Source: the human T2T-CHM13v2.0 reference genome, Homo sapiens
Strand: one strand, 5' to 3'
NCBI RefSeq assembly: GCF_009914755.1
Contig: NC_060931.1
DNA: 64,000 bases
This document shows positions 28,484-43,760 of this stretch, piece after piece. Under the pieces are notes generated by a model that did no database searches, was not told the DNA's origin, and saw nothing but the letters and a program-made list of their open reading frames with translations. Numbering within the stretch: the stretch's first letter is position 1; every line of letters begins with the position of its first letter. The position numbers were made by a program, and so were the translations under genes.

Positions 28484-31400
28484 TATGCCTGTGATTGCTT
28501 TACTTCAGAAAAGAAAGCATGCAGTGTCTGACTTCTGAGCAAAGCTGTGGCTCCCAACAGGAAGACATCTTACAAACGCAGGAGAGATGCAAGCTCACTT
28601 AGAAGGGGAAACGTGCTTAGTTAATGCCAGGGTTCACATGTGACCATGTTTAAAATGACCACAGAGGGAAGGAGAACAAAAAAGCAAACTTTGCTGACAC
28701 TCAAATGTTTTCTGTTTCTAAGTGGATGACCCTGCCTTTCTAGATACAACGGGTTTCATTCTTCATGCTGGGCAGGTTGCCGGGGTTTGGACAAATCCTG
28801 CTCAGTGCAAAGCATCTCCCAAGGTAACAGTCCCTGCTGGCTGCTTTAGGTAAATGTCAGCTTGTTATGCTGCTGGACAGATCCCACGTGGGCCCTGTTC
28901 TCTGTCATTGCCATCTATTCTCCAAGAATTCTGTCTCAATGAGAAGAAAAACAGATCAACAGGGGAGCTGAGGAATAGATGGGAGCTGCGAGCTGCAGAG
29001 GGCCAGGACTCGGTGTGTTCCCCACAGCGGCCATCTGCTTGGCTTGTGGAGACGACCAGCTCGGCCACACTTCTGAGATTAGGACTCCCTGACGGGCCAG
29101 CAGAAGGGGCTCTTGTCAAATCCCACTTTCCCTGATTAAACCGGAACAGGAATGTCTGGCAGAGTAGAAAATCCAGGGAGGAGAGGTGAGGCCTGCATCC
29201 TGGAGGGAAGGTTGTCCTGAGATGTTCCTGCCATTTTTGTCCCCAAAAGCGGGATGATACTAGAGGCGATGGGGCAGGATCCATCCTGAATGTGTCCGGA
29301 GAGTTTTGGAAGATTTGACCATCACTGCAATAGTCTTTCTTCTACAGAAAATAAGTCCGGTAAAAATGGGGCAAAAGTTACTCCCACCCAGAGGAATGAG
29401 ACATATGTGTCCCCCTACCGAGGGGTGCCCCAGAGAGTGGGCACCTAGAAGATCTGGTTGTTCCCCGCAGTCACATACCTCCCTGAATTGAAGTCCTTAG
29501 AGCCACAGAAAACTTCCTCTGGTTTTCTTACTAGTTACTGTTGGAGAGAGGGTCATTCCTGATTCCTCCTCCAGTGCAGCCTGGCAGGGGAGCCTGCTGA
29601 GCTCTGCTGTGTGAACTTTCTGCCCAGAGACAAGGACAGGGATGAGAGGAGGCAGCAGGTGAGCAGAAGACAAGACACTGGAAGATAAGACCTGTGCATC
29701 AGGACCGAGGGAATATATGTGGGAGAGACAGAGTCCACTGAGATGCCTCAGCTACCCAGGGTTCCCACTGTAAGGAAGCCACCAGTGTCCAGAGGACTCC
29801 AGGAAAAACTCGGATCCCACTTTCTGCTACTGACCAGCTGTGTGACCTCAGACCAGGAGTGCAATCTCTCTGCACATCTGACATCTGTGTCAATTCTTCC
29901 TTAGGAGAGGAGAGACGATTTATGCCTTACCCACTTCTTAAGGCAGTGTTGAACAATGTCATCATGTGTAAAAGCATTTTTTAAAATAAGCTGTTGTCTG
30001 CATGGAGGCCATGATTCATATAAAGCAATTTGATTTATACAATGAATCTCTCCAAGTTTTGCTCCTTGCAAGGTTCTGTGTCAATAAATGTTCAAACCCA
30101 TATTTATTGAGCACCTACTATAAATAATCAGGCGCTGTTTTAAGCACTTCTGATATGCTGGTAAAAAAAAACAGATGCAAATACCTGCCTTTGTTACGCT
30201 GACATTCTAGAGGACATTTAAAGAGATCTAGTTCCATGTGGATAGAGCAAAATGAAAGGGAAAGTTATACTTTAGCACAAATGTCAATTTCAGAATGGTT
30301 TATTTTTAAAATGCCAGACTCTGCCATCCTGAGATTGACTAACTATTGTCTCACCATCTCTTTGTCCTGGTTAAGTTCAGAGAATACAATGTGCCCAGAG
30401 TGCAGCCCTGTTTGAAAAGGACGGCTTGCAGAGTTGCAGCAAAAGTCATTTCTGGGCAGACGATAATACTAAACGGAAGCTGATGAAAGAAAGAGAAAAA
30501 AATACCATGAGAGAAGGGGGATGCTGGTGAAGGTAAAATGTTAGTGGAGAGGTAGATTTCAAATAGAATCGCCTAGGTTGAAAATAAAAAGCAGTCATCA
30601 ACTATGATGGAAAAATATTTCCGAGACTTGATAAGTCATCCGGACCCTGGCTGCTCACTCCCAGGGTTGCGTGGGATCCTTTGCAGGATGAGCAGAGGCT
30701 GTCAGTGTGGGATGCGTAACACAGCAGGCACAGGGTAACTGATCTAATTATGAAGAGCCCTTCCCATCTGATCCTGACTTTGACCTATGGCTTGTGAGGC
30801 CCCAGCAACATTGAATCCAGGGTGAAAGTCAGAAGGACTAGGACCCACTCAGCTAGTTCAATCCTCTCATGCCTTCAGTGGCTGGAGATATTTAGGGAGC
30901 ACATCCTATATGCTAAGCCCTAAATAAGGTGTCAGGAATATAGCAGTGAACTAGGATGGCAGGTCCCTTCCCCAATGAAACCCAGTGTGGGACAAAATGT
31001 GATCCTGGAAGGTGAGGGTGATTCTGCAACTCATAAATAAACTGCGTGTGCCAGTAGCAGGCCTTGTGGTAACACCTAGGCAGGACCACCTTCTCTGCAC
31101 AACTTCAGAGAGCATAACTTAATTTTTACACATTGAATTTTGATGTATTTATTTGTCATTGCCTAACATCCCAACCCCAGCGTCTGATGGGGATGGCAGT
31201 CCTGGCGTTATGCCATGGGTAGGGTACTGAGGCTAGATTCCCTGAATCCTGACCGAGTCTCATCCCATGAGCCAGGGTGATGAGGCTAATCAAACAAGGA
31301 ACCAAGGAGCCCATAGGTTGAAATACAAGGTTTGGAAGAAAATGTGATGCTTGCTGGAATGACCAGATGGGCGAGGATGTTGAAAAATAAATGAGGTGTG

Positions 31401-31915
31401 ATCATTGCAATTCATTCCCATCATTACGAAATCATTTATTATTAAGTTACACATGGACACACTGCAGTGCCAAGGAAAAGTACAAATGAAAGGTAAAAAC
31501 AAGGGACAAATGTTGCTCATGTTGCCAGTACCTTGTTTTGAGTCTGGAAGAGAATTATTTATGTTGCTGCAGCCAAACGTCTCTAAAGAAAATGATCAAA
31601 TTGTAATTGGTCAACATGTTCTCTCAATGATACCTTGATACATCATTTTAATTTTAAGTTTTTATTCATCTCTAATGTTTTACTTCAGGCACTTCTTATT
31701 TCTTTCTTGGACCATTCCAAAAATGTCCTAAACTGGTATCTCGGCCCCAGTCCATCTTCTACGCTCTGAAAAAATACCTTTGGTTTTATTTTTGCAGAGT
31801 CGATTTTTTCCCTTCGTGGATGGGCTCCTTGGCAATCTGAGCCTTCGCCCTGCTCCCTGCCACCCCCCTGCCTTGCACTCCAGGCATGCACATTCATGAA
31901 AATTCCTCAAAATCT

Positions 31916-32046
31916 TAGGGAGGCTGAGGCAGGAGAATCCCTTGGACCCGGGAGGTGGAGGTTGCAGTGAGCCGAGATTGCACCATTGAACGCACTGTAG
32001 CCTGTGTGACAAGAGCAAAACTCTGTCTCCAAAAAAAAAAAAAAAA
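31916..32046 (+). mobile_element. 5'-truncated Alu (part of right arm)
   Basis: gggaggctgaggcaggagaatc...poly-A; flanks aaaattcc(c)tc. Confidence 0.9.
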
Positions 32047-34740
32047 TTCCCTCTTGCTCATGACTCATTTGTATGTGATGTTCCACTTGGCAGCCATTTT
32101 CCTCTAGTCCACTGGCCCCTGGTGTTCCCGCGGGGCTTCTTACATGAGCCATTCTAGAATCGCAGGTCCCTTGCTCTTCCTCTGCACATGCCTGTGTTTA
32201 TCTGGAGAGAGTCTGTTTGTTTCCCTGTTTGCCTTCTTACCAGACTTGGAGCCCTTCAAAGCCAAGGGCTGTCCCATATGGATAGACCTTCCCCAGTGTC
32301 TAAATAGGAACTGGGATATGATAGATGTTCAATAAAAATTAAACAAGAGACAAAACAAAAGTAGGGACCAATCTGGAATCCAGTAACCATCTCTCATTTC
32401 AGGAGAAGTGGAAACTCTCAGGAAGTTGAAAATACTGGGCTTCAGAACCTGACCTAGTTTGCAGCCACCGCTCCCCTCCAAAAACAATCCCATAAGAATT
32501 CCTTCTGACCCCTGAGATGAGAGGGTCACTGAGGTGGATCCTGGCCTTGGAAATCCCTGTTAGGACCTATTGGGACCTTTTACTTGCCCATCACCACCAC
32601 CCTAACATTACATTAGAAACCAACTTGGGCTTGAAATGGAGGCCTCTGAGTTTGCATGAACCCCAAAATGCAGGCTCAGATTGGTTTCATTGCAAAAAGG
32701 GAAGTTGCATTCCAGTTATCTCTGAATAAAACTTGTGATGGTAAGGACACAGCCCCTACCCCTAGAAGTGAAAACTGGCAAGTCTCCAGGAACCAAGACC
32801 ACTCCAAGGTCCAGTTCTTGCATCAGCGAGGCCTTGCTTCCTTCTTGCTTCTTAACAACTGGATTCCATGCTCACTCACGGCTTCTCCTCTCTCTACCTC
32901 TGGAATGTGCATTGCTGTCAGAGCTGCTTTGTAATGGCTGCGTCCTCATAGCCTAGACTCTCTCTCCTGAGCTTTGAAGCTTCAGTCTGCCCTGCTAGCC
33001 ACTAACAGACTCCTGAATTTCTAAGTTCAGGTTCCTACAATGGAAAATAAGATTGACCTGACTCATTTCTTCATGTGGAATTTTTGGCTACAGATTGGCT
33101 GTTGTTTGGTCAGGCCACAAACCCCGGTCCAATTGACCATGTTTTACCATATTCTCATCTTGTCCTTAGAAGGTTGCACAGAGGTGAGTTACTGACCAGA
33201 ATGAACCTAGGCATGGACATTTAGGAATTTCCTATTAAACATAAACACTTCAGAGAAGAAAAGCATATTCCATCTTAATACCTCAGAATAAAGGAGCGTA
33301 TCAGCTTCATTCCTTTTCAGAGGTACAGCAGGAATCTATACACATCAGGGGGCCAGTTAATCTGAAGGATGAGGGGGACGTCTGAAAGCAGATGAGGAGA
33401 GGAAAGGAAGAAGGTAGCCCTGAACCTCTGAACTATGTTCCTGGATCTCGTCAATTTAGTCCTTACTCTCTGTCAAGTTGATCCATTGACAGATTCTCAA
33501 AACCAGGTCAATATAGAGATATGGCACTCTTACGTCTTGTGTCAGCTGTATCTGTTATCAATAGTTTTATGAATGGCACCACCGACAAAGGATAAAAACC
33601 TAACTGCGATTAGGCAAGGAAAATATATATATACCAGATTTTCTGGTCCCCCACAAGTTTCACCCTAGTGACTGTTCTCTGTCATCCCACGCAGGGTGGG
33701 CTTTGAGAACTCATCAATCCTCTTGTGAGTTTCAGTCTTGCATCTTTTCTGGGATCTGGCTCAAACGTGGCTAATTTCCCAGCATACTATGTTCAGTACA
33801 AGGGCAATCTGTCAGCATTCGTCTGAGCATGTTTGTAAAGACACATAATTCACTATGAAACCAATTCATTTCAGATGTGCTTTTTCCCATTGCACCAAAG
33901 CCCCGGGTTGATTTGGCAGTTTGGTATATTATACAAATAAATATGTCGAAAATGGGAAGTTAACAACTGTTGGAACCTGAGGTTTCTGAAGGACTTGGCT
34001 CTGGTGTCAACTTCAGAAGGTCATCTGGAGAAGCTAAGGGATCTGAACATTCTTAAAAGGAAGAGAAATGCTTTAGAATAAAAGGAATCCTGTGTCCACA
34101 GGCAGGCAGAGTCTCGTTTTTGATTTCCTAGGGAACTTAGCACAGTGGAGTTCCAATAGCTCATAGGAAATCGCGTTTCACAAAAGTTACACAAAACAAT
34201 ACCTTTCTGAGGAGTTTATGTTCTAATAGGAAATACCTAAAATATATTTATCCACTTTTTAAATTTTATTCTACCTTCTCTCTTTTAACACTGATTTACA
34301 TAATAAGGGACAGATTAAATTAATTTCATAATAGAAATCTTGGGCTTTAAAAATTATCTTAGAAAGGTAATTGTCTTCATTTGGTGTTTTATGTTCCCTA
34401 AGTAGTTATCTTTGCTGTTTCTTGTGGGGGTTGCTGGCAATTCTGACTTCCCATTCCATATCTCATTTATTACTTCATTTAGGAAATACTCTTTTTTTAA
34501 TTTGATAGGCTGAGGTCTATTTCCTAATGACTTTCACCTAGTTTTAATTTTCAGCAAAAGAAACACTTAAGATATAAGTCATAGGTAATACTTAGGCCTG
34601 TCTGATGAATGACGGAATCTAGCTTCCGCTGGTATTTCATCTTTGACTTCTAACATGTAAGAAGCCTTCACTTTAGTGGTCATCTCTCCTCCTTTTTCGT
34701 CCTTGCTCCTTTCAGAAGTGTTCATCTGTAGCGTAGGATT

Positions 34741-34951
34741 CAGTGATCCCCAAGTGTTTTAAGCTGCAGAGCTCTTTGTTCCGATGCTTGTAATTCACAT
34801 AAAGGAGATAAAAGTGGAGCTGTGTGGGCTGAAGGATGAGAAGGGGAGAGGGGGGAAATGGAGCCCCAAGTTCTAGACAAGCCTCCCCCCATCAACTCCT
34901 TCATCCTGGCAGCCTAGGAAAGGTTACTCTAGCACAATTTGGAAACATCTG
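34741..34951. mobile_element. hAT-Charlie MITE (MER102/MER117-like)
   Basis: cagtgatccccaagtg ... caatttggaaacatctg termini; gataaaagtggagctg internal motif. Confidence 0.45.
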
Positions 34952-36689
34952 GCTGAGTCATTTTGGCCCACATTTTCTTTCTGCTGAATTCATTTGCATT
35001 CTCCCAGGGCGACATACATAAATGTTTTCTAGTTCATGTTGACATCTTTCAGTTATTCATGAACTGTGACCCTACTACCCTGTGAGGTTCTATGAGAAGC
35101 TCTGTGTGTTGCAATTCTGTCTGCATTGCTTTGCAGATGATGAGTTGCCTAAAATGAATGAACTGGTTCTGACCTATCTAAGTGTATCACATGGAGATGC
35201 TCTTGTCTCTTGATTTCAGTCTAGGTGACACTCAGGTTTTCCAAAAGTTCTCTCCCTGATACACACATTATTTCATTGTTTCCTGTGTGCTAAGCGCACA
35301 CAGGATGCAAAGATGAATAAGACCTTCCCTTACGGAGCCCTCAGCCTAGCCATGACGAGAGCCAGTTATGGAGTCCCTACTAGATGTCCATTGCTTTACA
35401 TAGTTTCTATCTCATTAACTTTGGTGCACATAGCCAGTAAGCGAAAGGACCCGGGATTTGCAAACAAGAAATTATTCTGACTTCAACGCTCATTCCTTTC
35501 ACTGATGGGCAACCCTTTATCTTACCTGGTCCCTGCCACGGAGAAACTCACAGGCAGGGCCGGGCAGAGAAGTGGTCAGTGATGCTCTAAGGTAACAAGC
35601 ACTTCCCATAAGCCTGGGGTAGGAGGTGACATTTGCACGGGGCACTAAAGGATGATTAGGAGCTCATCAGGTGGAAGGAGTTGGGAGTGGGGCTGGAGCT
35701 GGTGTCTTTGCTAATGCCTTCTAGGGGAAGATGCCAAGTGTTTTAGATTTCCATTGCTTATACTTATCTCCAGTTTTTAGTGGCCTACTTGAATGTCATT
35801 TATATTGTCATTTACACCACTCCCCAAGGCCAAATCATATCTGTGTTGCAAAGTTGGCCAACAGGGATTGTATGAACTGAGCCTTCTCTGGAGATTTTCT
35901 GCATGGGTCTGTTAGTTCATGTATTTCATGTTGAGAATAAAGTATGGGCACGTGAAGGTTTGGGGGATATTTTACATAAGACATTCTCCTATGTAGGCAT
36001 GAAAATCTTTCCTGACTCCAATCCTGTTGCTAAACAGCGAGGTCTAGCCCAGAAGGCATGGAGGGGAGCAGAGTTTCTGGGAAACAAGAAGAGGACTTGG
36101 AGCCCCAGACAGGGGACAACTCCAGAGGGTTTCTTGGGGATACCTTTCCCTACAGGCCACTGAAGACAGCACGGCAGTGGAAACATCTGCATCACCCACC
36201 CTGGTGTGTGTTCCCCCGACAATCTGTGGGCTTGTTCCACAGCTGGCACCAAATTCTGGCTGAGCAGACAGCCCCAGAAATGTCACCTGGAGCCGTTAAA
36301 AAAACATAAACAAGGCATCTGTCACGCTGCCGTCGCCAAGGTCATCTGGTGGCAGGAGGTGACCGAGGAGGAGCATGGTGGTGCCGTGCCATCGAGGGCC
36401 AACCTGTGGGCAGACCTGCCTGTGCCGGCGCTCCCTTGCTCTGCAGATGCATTCAAGGATGTGAAGTTGTGCAGGGGCCAGACGTGAGAAGCAAAACAAC
36501 CTGAATGAAATCCAGCCACTTTGGAGTGAAACATGAGCATTTTAAAACATGATTTTCAAACTGTCGCAGGGTTAGTATTGCATCTGGTCTCCTCTCATGA
36601 TTGCCTGGAGGCCACCAGCCCAAAGCTGGAGTGAGACATGAGCTGGAGGGTAACCTGAACACCGAATTTAGGGAGTGTGTTGTTCATAC

Positions 36690-36870
36690 AAATCACTCAG
36701 ACTGAGAGTTAGAGATGGGATTTACACCCAAGCTATCCATCAAACCACTATCTGTGTGACCTTCGACAACTTATCCATTTCCTCTAAGCCCCAATTTTCA
36801 TATCTGTAAATTCCCTCCTAGGATCCTTGTGAAGGTTAGATAAGATAGTATGTGTAATAATGCAGGGCTG
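36690..36870 (+). mobile_element. MIR
   Basis: ctgtgtgaccttcgacaacttatccatttcctctaagccccaattttcatatctgtaaa core. Confidence 0.65.
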
Positions 36871-37316
36871 CAGAGGGCCCTCAGTACATTTTATTTTGGC
36901 TTTCTCTGCCCTCACTTACAGGTGAGGGAACAGATTTAGAGACGGGGAGTTCATAGCATACCAGCATCAATGATCCTAGCAAGAACTGTCGTACTTTCTT
37001 CCTCCTTCCTTCACTTCCTTTTTCCTTATTTCCCTCATAATCCACTCCCCTTCCCCTCCCTACCCTCAGTGCACATGATATTATGTTTGATGGGTAGCTT
37101 TTGGTTTGTATATAATTTTGGCAAAACACATTCTTTGTAGAAATGTATTCTTTAATTTGTTAAATGGTTTGAGTTTATACATGGATGCCTTATGTGTTTT
37201 GTGCGTATTTACATTTATATTTAGATTCCTCTTTTTTCTTAAGTACTGTGTCTATGTTCCCTCCCTGTTGCTCTGTGTACACATAATCGATTGCTTATTG
37301 CTCTGTGTATGCATAA

Positions 37317-37626
<310 letters not shown>

Positions 37627-38588
37627 GCCGTTGCTTCTAATTGCTGCTTAGCCTTGCATGGTTGCATCCAGTCTGTTCCACAAGGATGGACACCCAGGTT
37701 GCCTCCACACTATCCCCATAGTCCATCTTCTTGTAATTCTTAAGATAGGACCAAAAGACATTTATTTACAAGTTTCCCTCTTCTATTAGACGGTGAGACA
37801 GTGAGAGAAGATTTCCTGACTTTATATACAAAGCAGCTAGCACATAGCAGTTTCTCAGTAAACACAAAGCCATTGGCTTCCCAGGCAGCTGGACACATGG
37901 GCTCAGGCCCAGCCTCCTGTGTCCTTGGTTCCCAGGAAAAGTGACAGCCTTAACGGCAGCACTGTGATTACCGTTATCTTGTCATGAAGGTTTATGACGA
38001 GTAAGGGAAGTGCCTTTTAGGAAGAGAAAAGATGAAAAGCCTTCCCATGTGACGTATACTAGAATTCCCTGAAACCTGAAGGCCCCACATGATGCACCTG
38101 TTTATTCAAACACATACATTTGAGTACTAACTGTAAGTGATAGTGGGTATGGATTTGGTGAACTCTTTGAATGCTTTCAGCATTTCCCCAATCTGTAGGA
38201 GATTCTAGTTCCTTAGAATTGGATACTGAGCCCTGTTTGATGAAACTTGCTGTGGCATTTGGAGAGGATGCAGCTAGGGTTCACACATTTAACCATGGAT
38301 GGATCTGTCAGTCAGTCTCAGTTCATGGTAGACAAGAAAGGAGATACATGCTGACAAGCCGTGTAGGAAGTGTACTGCCTTAAGCAGTGTAAACATCTTT
38401 ATTCCTGAAAGGCATATCTGCTAGGTTGATTGTGAAATGTATTCTGTTTTTTTTTTTTTTTTTTTGTTTTTCTATTTGGAGGGTGAGGGATAGCCTACTT
38501 TAATATCAGAAGATTTTTTTTTTATTGAATTGTGGTACTGAGTGAAATGACCTACCTTTACTTGACCTGCAACAGAGTTGCTGTAGAC

Positions 38589-38809
38589 CAGGGGTGGGCA
38601 AATTCTTTCTGCAAGAACCAGGTAATAAGTATTTTACACTTTACGGCTACATGGCCTTTGTCAAACCTGTCACCTCTCCTGTTGTGGTACATAGGCAGCC
38701 ATTAGACAGTCTATAAGTAAATGGGCTTAGCTGCATTCCAATAAAACTTTATTCACAAAATAAGAAGGGGGCCAGGTTTGGCCCATGAGCCCTGGTTTTC
38801 CTACCCTTG
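38589..38809. mobile_element. MER58A-like hAT-Charlie MITE
   Basis: caggggtgggcaaa ... ccaataaaactttatt ... ctacccttg. Confidence 0.8.
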
Positions 38810-39289
38810 TTTAGATGCTCATGCACTTGCTACACCTGGAAATCAACATAAATATAGTAGGTCCAATAAGGCAAACCAGCTACTGTTTCTTGCCAGTATT
38901 CTCTGCTCTCTCTTCAGGACACTCTGAACACAATGGATAGGAGTAATATGAACAGAAAACAGAAGAAGGACTTGGACTGTATCAATTTTGGCTTGGTTGT
39001 GCACGCCAGAAAACCTAAAATAACAGTGCCCAGTACACAGCAGAAGTTTATTTCTCTTTCTTGTAAATACAGTTTGGAGACAAGCAGTCCAGGGATAGCA
39101 TGGCTCCTCTTCTCACAAAAGCCTCTGCTCCTTCTATTATGTTTTCTCCCACGAAGGGTTTGGTCTCATGGTTCCAGATTGTAGCAAGCATTCCAGATAG
39201 GCAGATGGGAAAAGGCGGGAAGGAGAGGGAGAGTAAATGAAGAGCGTGCACGCTGACAGATGCTGCGACGAGCTTTTCCAGTTGCTGCC

Positions 39290-39713
39290 TGTCATGGTTA
39301 GTTTTAGGTGTCAGCTTGGCTAGGCCACGGTACCCAGCTTCTTCTCAAACACCAGGCGACATGTTGCTGTGGAGTTTTGTTTTGAAGATGTGATTGATAA
39401 TTCAGTTAGCGGACATGGAGTAGAGCAGGTCCCCCTCTACCATGTGGGTGGGCCTCGTCCGATTAGTTGAAGGCTTTAGGAGAAAATAATGAGGTCTCCC
39501 AGGGAGGAAAGGATTCTGCCTCCAGACAGCCTTCAGGCTTGAGCCACCATCCCAACTCTTCCCCGGGTTTCCAGCCAGCTGCCCTGCCCTGCAGACTTCA
39601 CATCTGCCAGCCCCCACAATCCACCATCCTTAAAAATCTGTCTCTCTCTCTCCACACACACACATACACACACTATTGGTTGTGCATCTCTGGAGACCCC
39701 TGCTGCGTGTGCA
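39290..39713 (+). mobile_element. ERVL LTR (MLT2-like)
   Basis: tgtcatggttagttttaggtgtcagcttggctaggcc...ggtgggcctcgtccgattagttgaagg...(CT)n(CA)n ctattggtt. Confidence 0.8.
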
Positions 39714-42195
39714 GCCTATTCATCTAGAAGGCTCCGGGGCAGTGGGGGATCTACTCCTTATCCACAGCATTCTAATATTCTGGAGACACAAGAGAAGGGA
39801 CATGGAAGGGCAGGCAGACATTAAACTACCCAGAAGCGATGTGTGCCTGTGCTCTTATTGCACCTCCACATTCTTATTTTTCTTACTAATAAAGAATTTA
39901 AAATGAAGGAAGCCCCAGATCACCCGGGTGTGATTCTCTAGCCTTTTCCCACTTCTAGTTCAAGAGATGTACCCGTGTTCTTTTAACCAAAGAAAAAATC
40001 ATTGCATCCTTTACTCTAGCAGTAGTGCCTGAAGCATGGGGTGAAGGTGATGAGTGCGTTAGGGCCTTTGGGAACTCTGTCCCAGCCAACCCTCACCGTC
40101 CATACCCTGCTGGGAGGGAAAGCTGTGGCCCCGGCAGCTCTCTTGGTTTATACTCCCAAGAGGAAACTCTTCCTCTCGAAGCCTGGGGGAGGGACAGACT
40201 TTGGACCAAGTTCACTCTCCCAGCTATAATTTGAAGTGTGGACAAAATGGGCCCAGATGTTCAGCCTTGCTTGTTGGGCCTGGCTCTGGTCTGCGTTCTC
40301 ATCCGCGAGACCCTCGGCCTCCCTGCCCACACCAACTCGCCTTGGGTCTTCTTTGAGACATTCTTACTGAACAAGAAATAATTCCCCAGGGTTAGATTAC
40401 TGGACACAGGAGAAATGTGTTCTGCAAGCTGAGGAGAATTGAATTTGGCTTCAGGGACTTCCTCCTCCCCAGGTGAGGTTTACCAGTCTGTAAGGATCTC
40501 ACAGGTGATTTGGGTCCATTTTTGGTGCACTTTATTTCTCTTCCTAGACCCTTTCCTCTGTCTTCCCAGACCCTTCCCCTCAAAGGGGTGCTGGCGTTGG
40601 GTTGCCCACGGCTCCTTGCCCCGGTGAGCCCTGACCACGCAGACCCAGCAGCTTCCAGGGACCTCAGCATTTAAGTAATGGGCGTGCAAGAGAAAACCAA
40701 AACCAAACCCAAACAAGCCTCCAAATGCAGGGAGAACTCCTCAGTGGGAGCTGGAGAGTTCTAGTTGAAATGTCTGAGGTGACAGTGAGCACGCAGTGGT
40801 CGACTGTCGGAAAGCTGGTCCTCAGGCCAGAAAACTCATCCACAGTTCCATCCCAACTTGGTCTTTTTGTATGAGTTGAAGAAAAAGTGTGGGTTTTTTG
40901 TTGTTGTTGTTTCTTTCTTTCCAACTAGTTTCTTTGGATCCTGGCATGACTCCAGAAGAATCGTACCCTGCTGCCCCACATTCATTTTTATTTTTAGGGG
41001 ATTGTAAGTTAGAAGAAGTGACTTCTCTTGCAGATGGCAAAGACTTACAATCCAAAATCATCACAACTCACAATTTAAAGACATTTTGATCTCTACCTTC
41101 CTGAGCAAATCAGCCGGCAGGCCTATTTCTTGTAGGGCTTTCGTCTGCACATAGTAGGTCCTGGATAAACACTTGCTGATTAAATGATATTCGAAGCAAA
41201 GCGACTGCAGCTGATTGTCTACTTAGGGCAAGGTGAGTGTAAATCAGAAGGGTGAGAAATTGCATCAGGCTGCGGAGGGATGCAGGCTTGCACGGCTACA
41301 AACAAACCTAATTAGCTGTGCCTCTGCCAGCAGCCCTACTCAGACACATCTGGAGGGGGGAGAATGGCTAAGGCTAGATTGGCTTTCCCAAGTGAAAACG
41401 CCTCTCTTCAGTTGCACCTGCACAGGACTGATTGCGCCTCAAATCCATTTGTCAGGCTGGTTGCAGGTATCTGAGAAATTGCTAATAGAATTGGGCAAAA
41501 GTGCCCGTGGGAGTGGGAGGTAAATAGCATGGCAAGACAAGCGGCTGCTGGAGTCCCGGGTTGGCAGGTGGGCCTGCCCCCATGCCCCGCCAGGCTCCAG
41601 GGGGTACCTATGCCCAGTGACTACAGAGAAGACCCGTCTTGGCTGAGCATCAGGCTCTGGTGCAGTCTTTGCTAAGTGTGTTTATCGGCCACCACGAGAG
41701 TACTTAGCTGCAAAATGGAGGTGCTTTCACTCACAGACACCAGGAGCCTTCACTAGGGAGGCACTGAGATCAGCACTTTTTCCAAGATGCTCCTTGCAAG
41801 GTACTTGTGCTCCATCAAATTGCAATTCTTCCTAGACACAAAGGGAGGCACTGGCCCAGAGTCAAGGTCATAGCAAGACCCCTTGAGCTGCCTGTTTCTT
41901 AGCAGAAGCTGGAGTAGACAGACATGACTTGAGACGTCTTAAACTTGTTTGGAGAATTTGGGACTGGATCTCCCGCCCAAGCACTTTGGAGGGGTCTGAA
42001 GAGACACAGGACGTGTGTATACGTGTGTGGGGATTTGGGGCTGTGTGTGTGTGGGGTTGGGGCAAGGGCTTGGATCAAACATCTGGATATGAATACCAAC
42101 TCTGCTGTTTTCTGCTGACTGTGAACTTGGAAGAGTTTCTTATCAGTTCAAGCCTCACTTCCCTCATAAATGAAATGGGGATAGTAATCATTATT

Positions 42196-42385
42196 ATGGG
42201 CTGTTGGGTCCCCCAAAAATCCATGTGTTGAAGTCTTAACACCCAGTGCTTCAGAATGTGATGATATTTGGAGATACGGTCTTTAAAGAGGTGAATCAAG
42301 TTAAAATGAGGTCCTATGGGTGGGCCCTAATTTAATATGGCTGATGTCCTTATAAGAAGAGAGATTAGGACACAGACACACACAG
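42196..42385 (+). mobile_element. MLT1 LTR fragment between MIR pieces (42060-42195, 42395-42620)
   Basis: cttcagaatgtgatgatatttggagatacggtctttaaagaggtg...gttaaaatgagg. Confidence 0.75.
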
Positions 42386-43089
42386 GCGATGTTATATGGT
42401 GGTTTAGGGTCTAGACTGCCAAGGTTCAAGTTCTGCTGTGACTTACTTGCTCTGAGTGACCTTGGGTTTCATATTAAATTTTCTGAATATCAATTTCCTC
42501 ACCTGTAAAATGGGGGAAATAACAGTCTGCCTCATGGTGTTGCTGGAGGTGTGAGGTCAGATATTAACCATCTGGCACTTCCACCGCTGCAGGTAGCTTG
42601 GCCATTGTTATTGTTATGATTAAGGGCAGGTGAGCATGTAGTGTCTTTCTTTGCTAAGTATGTCTGATGCCAAGTCAGTATTCATTGAGCACCTCTTCTG
42701 TGCAAGGCGCTTGGAAAGGAGTGCAGTGGCTCTTTTTCCCCACTCTTGCCCCTGCTAGATTCATCCTCAAGTCTTCTCTGAGTTGCTTTTCCTGCAGCCC
42801 GTAGTTACTGAAAACCATAATACTTATAGATGCTGCTTTCTAGAAATGAGCCTGTAAAGTCTTGTATTTTCTCTTGGTCTGCACAACTTTAGGGGGGGTA
42901 ACACGTCCTGTATTTGCCAGTTGTTAACCTTCTCTTTGACCACGGAGCTCTAGATGATGGCACCGATAATGCCCAGGCAGATTTAGTTTTGATCTCCAAT
43001 GAAAGATAGGCCTTTCTGTATTTGCAGTAATAAGCAAACACCTTTAGCTTGAGAGGATAAACTTAAGTACAATGTTTGTTCTCTGGAGG

Positions 43090-43760
<671 letters not shown>

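Noticed and set aside
41184-41238. ATG...AAG|GTGAGT as a possible first exon
   Set aside because: Phase 1, and the ATG lies in an L2-like tail.
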